A stretch of 63,977 bases of DNA, filler included. It is 6 parts of 6 records of this genome, joined end to end, with 100 filler letters (N's around TTAATTAATTAA, not from the genome) between each part and the next. Parts side by side here need not be neighbours in the genome. Positions count along the whole stretch, not along the records: positions 58,944 to 63,977 come from DRR723986_8295; 5 more parts are not named here. One strand, written 5' to 3'. This document shows positions 59,360 through 63,977 of this stretch, piece after piece. Under the pieces are notes generated by a model, which had not been told where the DNA came from, did no database searches, and was given only the letters and a program-made list of their open reading frames with translations. Position 1 is the stretch's first letter. Every line of letters begins with the position of its first letter. Both the position numbers and the translations under genes were made by a program.

Positions 59360-60358
59360 ATGGATTCGCCTCTTGCTTGCGGGGCCGACGGCCCGATCAC
59401 CGCGCCGGTGCTGGCGCAATACCTGCACGCGCAGGGGACAGAGCGCGAGATGGCGCGGCTGATCGAAGCCATCGCCGAGGGCAGCGTCGCCGTGGCCCTG
59501 CGGCTGGCGCAGGGACGGCTGACCGGCGATCCGACCGCCGTGGTAGGCGTCAACGATTCGGGTGATCGGCAGAAGGCGCTGGACATGGCGGCGCACGACC
59601 ATTTTCTGTCTCTCTTCAAGGGCTTGTCCGTCCGCCACGTCCTGTCCGAAGAGGCGGAGGAGGTCGAGACCCTGAACCCCGAGGGCCAGTTCGACATCGC
59701 CATGGACCCGATCGACGGTTCGGGCAGCATCGGCATCGGGGCGCCCCTTGGCGCGCTCTTCGCGATCTTTCCGGCGGGCGAGACCTTCCTGCGCAAGGGG
59801 CGCGAGATGGTCGCCGCCTGCTACGTCTCCTTCGGGCACAGCGTGGATTTCGGCTTCTCGACGGGCCGGGGCGTGGCGATTGCCGCGCTCGACCCGGTGA
59901 GCGGCCTTTACTACGTGGACACGCCGACCGTGCGGGTGAAGGCAGAGACCGCGACCGTGGCTTTCAACGCCTCGAACCACCGCCGCTGGCCGGAGGCCCT
60001 GCGCGGCTACATCGACGGGCTGATCGCGGGCAAGGACGGCCCGCGGGGCAAGGATTTCAACATGCGCTGGATCGCGGCGGCGGTGGGCGACCTGCACCGC
60101 ATCCTGCGGCAGAGCGGCGTCTTCCTGTACCCCGCCGACACGCGCCCCGCCTATACCGAGGGCTTCCTGCGCCTCGCCTACGAGGCCTTCCCCATCGCCT
60201 TCCTGATCGAGCAGGCGGGCGGCATGGCCTCGGACGGCCAAGGCCCAATCCTCGATCGGATCCCCGCGCATCTGCATGACCGCACGCCGCTGTTCTTCGG
60301 AAGCACCGGCGAGATGACCGCCCTGCTCGAAAGCCTTCGCGACCGCCCCGATCCCTGA
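59360..60358 (+). CDS. fbp: Class 1 fructose-1,6-bisphosphatase-like sugar-phosphate phosphatase
   Basis: GDRQKALD, LSEE, DPIDGS, FNASN, FNMRWI, LYP, LRLAYEA; several substrate-pocket residues diverge. Confidence 0.8.
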   Translation: MDSPLACGADGPITAPVLAQYLHAQGTEREMARLIEAIAEGSVAVALRLAQGRLTGDPTAVVGVNDSGDRQKALDMAAHDHFLSLFKGLSVRHVLSEEAEEVETLNPEGQFDIAMDPIDGSGSIGIGAPLGALFAIFPAGETFLRKGREMVAACYVSFGHSVDFGFSTGRGVAIAALDPVSGLYYVDTPTVRVKAETATVAFNASNHRRWPEALRGYIDGLIAGKDGPRGKDFNMRWIAAAVGDLHRILRQSGVFLYPADTRPAYTEGFLRLAYEAFPIAFLIEQAGGMASDGQGPILDRIPAHLHDRTPLFFGSTGEMTALLESLRDRPDP

Positions 60359-60725
60359 CGGCCCGATCCTGCCGGGGAAGCCGTGGGCGGATCGGCTCGG
60401 ACCAGCGCGCCATGGCGGCAGAGCGAAGACCGCCGTTCGCAGGCGCGGCGGTCACGGCGCGTTGTCGACAGGGATGCCACGCCCGTCACCCCCGCACCGA
60501 TCCACGCGATCGGCACACCGCGACGGCCGTTCCCTCCGGGGCATGTGTTCCCTTTCCCCCAGGCCTCACCCAAAAAGAGCATAATCCTGCATTTCCATGC
60601 ACAACCTCCCGCGACGACGGACAGGACGCCCTCCGCCCCGCACCGCAACTGCTTGAACAGAGGACAAACTTCCGCTTGCGAGCCACCTTTTGCAGGCCAT
60701 ACCCTGACAGCAGGCGACGGGGAGG

Positions 60726-61448
60726 ATGCCGAAAATCATGCAGGACTTCGGACAGGCCTTTTCGCTGGCGCTCCGGCTGGTGGTCTCTCCCTCGGGGGAC
60801 CTTGCCGAGATCGTCGGCCTGTCCCTGCGCGTCAGCCTCTCGGCGACGCTGATCGCCTGCCTGATCGGCCTGCCGCTGGGCGCGCTGCTGGCCATCACCC
60901 GCTTTCGTGGCCGCGGCGCCGCTCTGGTGCTGCTGAACGCGCTGATGGGGCTGCCGCCCGTCGTCGTGGGCCTGATCGTCTACCTCAACCTGTCGCGCGC
61001 CGGGCCGCTTGGGTTCCTCGGGCTGCTCTATACGCCCACCGCGATGATCCTTGCCCAGACGATCCTGATCACCCCGATCGTCGCCGCGCTGTCGCGGCAG
61101 ATCCTCGAAGACATGAACACCGAATACGCCGAGCACTTCCGCTCGCTCTGCCTGACCCGGCTGCAACGGGTTCAGGCGCTGCTGTGGGACGCGCGCACCG
61201 CGCTGGCGACCGTGGCCCTGGCGGGGTTCGGCCGCGCGGTGGCAGAGGTCGGCGCGGTGATGATCGTCGGCGGCAACATCGACCACCTGACCCGCGTCAT
61301 GACCACGGCCATCGCGCTGGAAACCTCGAAGGGCGAACTGGCGCTGGCCATGGCGCTGGGGATCATCCTCATGGCGCTGGCCCTTGGCGTGAACGCGTTG
61401 GTGCAGGGGCTGCGCCAATCCGTCGAAAGGCAGGACGCCCATGCGTGA
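60726..61448 (+). CDS. tupB: Tungstate ABC transporter permease
   Basis: NALMGLPPVVVGLIVY..LSRAGPLG, GFGRAVAEVGAVMIVGGNI, TTAIALETSKG. Confidence 0.9.
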   Translation: MPKIMQDFGQAFSLALRLVVSPSGDLAEIVGLSLRVSLSATLIACLIGLPLGALLAITRFRGRGAALVLLNALMGLPPVVVGLIVYLNLSRAGPLGFLGLLYTPTAMILAQTILITPIVAALSRQILEDMNTEYAEHFRSLCLTRLQRVQALLWDARTALATVALAGFGRAVAEVGAVMIVGGNIDHLTRVMTTAIALETSKGELALAMALGIILMALALGVNALVQGLRQSVERQDAHA

Positions 61449-62181
61449 TTTCCTTGCCCCCGATACGCTGCTCGACACGCCGGCGGCCATGGCCCTGACG
61501 CTTTCGCAGGTCAGGCTCTGCCTTGGCGGGCGTCCGGTGCTGGACGGCATCGACATCGACCTGCCCGGACGCGGCGTGACCGCGATCATGGGCCCCAACG
61601 GCGCAGGCAAGAGCCAGCTTCTGAAGGTGGTCCACGGGCTGACGACGCCCAGCTCGGGCACCGCGACGTGGAACGGCCAGCCCGCCGCGGCGATGACGGC
61701 CACGCAGGCGCTGGTGTTCCAGAAACCCGTGCTGCTGCGCCGGTCCGTGGCGGCGAACCTCGACTTCGTGCTGAAATCCCGCCGCAAGGACCGCAGGCTG
61801 GCGCCGGCGCTGCTGGCCCACGTCGGCCTTGCCGACAAGGCCCGCCAGCCCGCCCGCGCGCTGTCCGGCGGCGAGGCGCAGCGCCTTGCCATGGCCCGCG
61901 CGCTGGCGCTGGAGCCTCAGGTCCTGCTGCTGGACGAACCGACCGCCAGCCTCGACCCGGCTTCGGTCCTCGCGATAGAGCGCATCACCCTGCAGGCCCG
62001 CGACCGGGGCGTGAAGGTGATCCTCGTGACCCATGACATCGGGCAGGCCCGGCGCATGGCCGAGGACGTGGTCTTCCTGAACCGCGGCCGCGTCGCCGAA
62101 CATTCCCGCGCAGAGACCTTCTTCGCCGCCCCCCGCAGCGCCGAGGCCAAGGCTTTCCTGAGCGGCCGGCTTGTCGTCTGA
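61441..62181 (+). CDS. tupC: Tungstate ABC transporter ATPase
   Basis: GPNGAGKS, LSGGE, LLLDEPT, VTHD; between tupB and tupA. Confidence 0.88.
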   Translation: MRDFLAPDTLLDTPAAMALTLSQVRLCLGGRPVLDGIDIDLPGRGVTAIMGPNGAGKSQLLKVVHGLTTPSSGTATWNGQPAAAMTATQALVFQKPVLLRRSVAANLDFVLKSRRKDRRLAPALLAHVGLADKARQPARALSGGEAQRLAMARALALEPQVLLLDEPTASLDPASVLAIERITLQARDRGVKVILVTHDIGQARRMAEDVVFLNRGRVAEHSRAETFFAAPRSAEAKAFLSGRLVV

Positions 62182-62217
62182 CCGCGCGCACCACCCTGCA
62201 ACACCAAAGAGGACCCC

Positions 62218-63039
62218 ATGACATTCAAGACCCTGACCGTGGCCAGCCTTCTGGCCACGATGCCCTTCTGCGCCCTCGCGCAGGACGCGATCATCGTGCA
62301 GTCGACCACCTCGACCGCCAACTCCGGCCTCTACGACCACCTGCTGCCGCTCTTCTCGGACAAGACTGGCATCACCGTGAATGTGGTGGCCGTGGGCACG
62401 GGTCAGGCGATCAGCAACGCCGCCAATTGCGACGGCGACGTGCTTCTGGTCCACGCCAAGCCCGCCGAGGAGAAATTCGTCGCCGAGGGCGGCGGCACCC
62501 AGCGCACCGACCTGATGTACAACGATTTCGTCCTCGTCGGCCCGGCGGACGACCCGGCGGGCATCGCCGGCACCTCGGACATAGAGGCGGCGCTCTCCGC
62601 CATCGCCGCGCAACAGGCGCTCTTCGCCTCGCGCGGGGACGACAGCGGCACCCACAAGAAAGAGCGCGCGCTCTGGGATGCAGCAGCGGTCGACCCGGCC
62701 AGCGGCTCGGGCGGTTGGTACCGCGAGACCGGCTCCGGCATGGGCGCGACGCTGAACGCGGGCATCGGCATGGGCGCCTATGTGCTGACCGACCGCGCGA
62801 CATGGATCAGTTTTGCCAACAAGCAGGACTACCGGATCGCGGTCGAAGGCGACGACGACCTCTTCAACCAGTACGGCGTGATCCCGGTGAACCCCGAGAA
62901 ATGCCCCTCGGTCAAGATAGACGCGGCGCAGGCCTTCACCGACTGGCTCCTGTCGGCAGAGGGGCAGGAGGCCATCCGCGCCTACACCGTGGACGGCCAG
63001 CAGCTGTTCTTCCCCAACGCGCCGAAACAGGGTAGCTGA
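62218..63039 (+). CDS. tupA: Tungstate ABC transporter substrate-binding protein
   Basis: Signal peptide, QSTTSTANSGL (TTTS-like TupA motif), AVGTGQA, MYNDFVLVGP, SRGDDSGTH, TDRATW, LFNQY. Confidence 0.92.
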   Translation: MTFKTLTVASLLATMPFCALAQDAIIVQSTTSTANSGLYDHLLPLFSDKTGITVNVVAVGTGQAISNAANCDGDVLLVHAKPAEEKFVAEGGGTQRTDLMYNDFVLVGPADDPAGIAGTSDIEAALSAIAAQQALFASRGDDSGTHKKERALWDAAAVDPASGSGGWYRETGSGMGATLNAGIGMGAYVLTDRATWISFANKQDYRIAVEGDDDLFNQYGVIPVNPEKCPSVKIDAAQAFTDWLLSAEGQEAIRAYTVDGQQLFFPNAPKQGS

Positions 63040-63067
63040 CGGGGGCAAACCAGAACGCAAGGCCCCC

Positions 63068-63937
63068 ATGGCAGAGCCGGAATACCTGACGGTCCCCGAA
63101 CTGGCGGCGCTTCTGCGCATCAAGGAGCGCAAGGTCTACGATCTTGCCTCCGGCGGAGAGGTCCCCTGCACCCGCGCGACGGGCAAGCTGCTGTTTCCGG
63201 CGCGCGGGGTCCGGGCATGGCTGGACCGACACTCCGAAGGCGTCGTGCCCAAGGTCCCGCGCCCCGCCGTGGTGCTGGGCAGCCATGATCCGCTGCTCGA
63301 CTGGGCCATCCGCGAATCGCGCTGCGGGCTGGCCAGCTACTTCGACGGCTCGACCGACGGGCTGGCCCGCTTCAACCGGCGCGAAGGCGTCGCGGCGGGC
63401 CTGCACCTTCAGGACCCAGAGGGGCGCGCGTGGAACATCCCCAGCGTCGACCGCTACTGCGCCGACCAGAACGCGGTGCTGATCCGCTTCGCCACCCGCG
63501 CACGCGGTCTGGTGCTGGGCCGCGACGCGACGGGCATCGGCGGCATGGCGGACCTGCGCGGCCGGCGCGTCGTTCCGCGCCAGCCGGAGTCCGGCAGCGC
63601 CGTGCTCTTCCGCCAGTTGGCAGAGCGCGCGGACCTGCGCCCCGAAGACGTGACCCTGACGGAAATCGCCCGGACAGAGACGGAGGCCGTGCAGGCCGTG
63701 GCCCGCGGCGACGCCGATGCCACGCTGGGGCTGCACTCGGTCGCAAGGGATTTCGGCCTGCCCTTCGTGCCGCTGATCGACGAACGCTTCGACCTGCTGG
63801 TGAACCGCCGCGCGTGGTTCGAAACGCCGATGCAGCGCCTGATGACTTTTTGCCAGTCCGAAGCCATGGCCGCCCGCGCCGAACGCATGGGGGGCTACGA
63901 CCTCACCGGCCTCGGCACGGTGCGCTGGAACGCCTGA
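63068..63937 (+). CDS. Excisionase-like HTH plus periplasmic-binding-like domain transcriptional regulator
   Basis: YLTVPELAALLRIKERKVYDLA..GEVPC..ATGKLLFP (HTH_17), GSHDPLL, GSTDGL, RQPESGS. Confidence 0.85.
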   Translation: MAEPEYLTVPELAALLRIKERKVYDLASGGEVPCTRATGKLLFPARGVRAWLDRHSEGVVPKVPRPAVVLGSHDPLLDWAIRESRCGLASYFDGSTDGLARFNRREGVAAGLHLQDPEGRAWNIPSVDRYCADQNAVLIRFATRARGLVLGRDATGIGGMADLRGRRVVPRQPESGSAVLFRQLAERADLRPEDVTLTEIARTETEAVQAVARGDADATLGLHSVARDFGLPFVPLIDERFDLLVNRRAWFETPMQRLMTFCQSEAMAARAERMGGYDLTGLGTVRWNA

Positions 63938-63945
63938 ACGCGGCT

Positions 63946-63977
63946 CCCGGCTTCTTCTGTCCGGAAATATCCCGGGG
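63946..63977 (-). repeat. Partial intergenic repeat, same family as 12514-12545
   Basis: Reverse complement CCCCGGGATATTTCCGGACAGAAGAAGCCGGG matches CTCCAAGGTATTTTCGGACCAAAGAAGCAGGG at 24/32 positions without gaps. Confidence 0.55.

Noticed and set aside
14010-63039. Functional link between the molybdoenzyme and the tungstate transporter (or the cob genes)
   Set aside because: They lie on different contigs from different organisms.
60383-63132. Long ORFs 60383-61498, 60486-61892 and 61369-63132
   Set aside because: Antisense or off-frame shadows of tupBCA.

Overview
This window is not one genome. It is six unrelated, probably marine, contigs joined by artificial 100-nt N/TTAATTAATTAA/N linkers, so neighbourhoods across linkers mean nothing. 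(1) 1-6291, Marinobacter-like gammaproteobacterium: ectA'-ectB-ask (no ectC), an extra sigma-70 factor, tag and a PPTase fragment. (2) 6392-12548, Rhodobacteraceae-like: ntrC'-ntrB-dusB divergent from ispDF-pgpA-cinA-amtB, with NtrC-like boxes. (3) 12649-35034, about 50% GC, possibly FCB-group (low confidence): a YdeP/FdhF-family molybdoenzyme with hutG-hutF, a terminator-bounded nuoAB pair, then a ~15 kb respiratory cluster (lipoprotein cytochrome c, A2-type heme-copper oxidase, ctaB, SCO, alternative complex III actA-F). (4) 35135-42134, Rhodobacteraceae-like: smc', rhodanese, lytic transglycosylase, cobD/cobC'. (5) 42235-58843, Planctomycete: DUF1559, rhomboid, lysA, LRR protein, M42 peptidase, a giant diheme protein, and skp-lpxC-lpxA plus a GnnA-like oxidoreductase. 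(6) 58944-63977, Rhodobacteraceae-like: DeoR', a divergent class 1 FBPase, tupBCA and an Xis-HTH/PBP regulator. The best lead is a ~330-bp intergenic module at 38902-39225, missed by the ORF track. It has the architecture of a par/Fst-like type I toxin-antitoxin system: a 29-aa hydrophobic peptide behind a perfect, sequesterable Shine-Dalgarno, a convergent sigma-70-like promoter, a shared bidirectional terminator, and direct repeats that make the antisense RNA complementary to the peptide's translation start. CtrA-like boxes flank it. All taxonomic and family calls come from motif recognition, not database searches.
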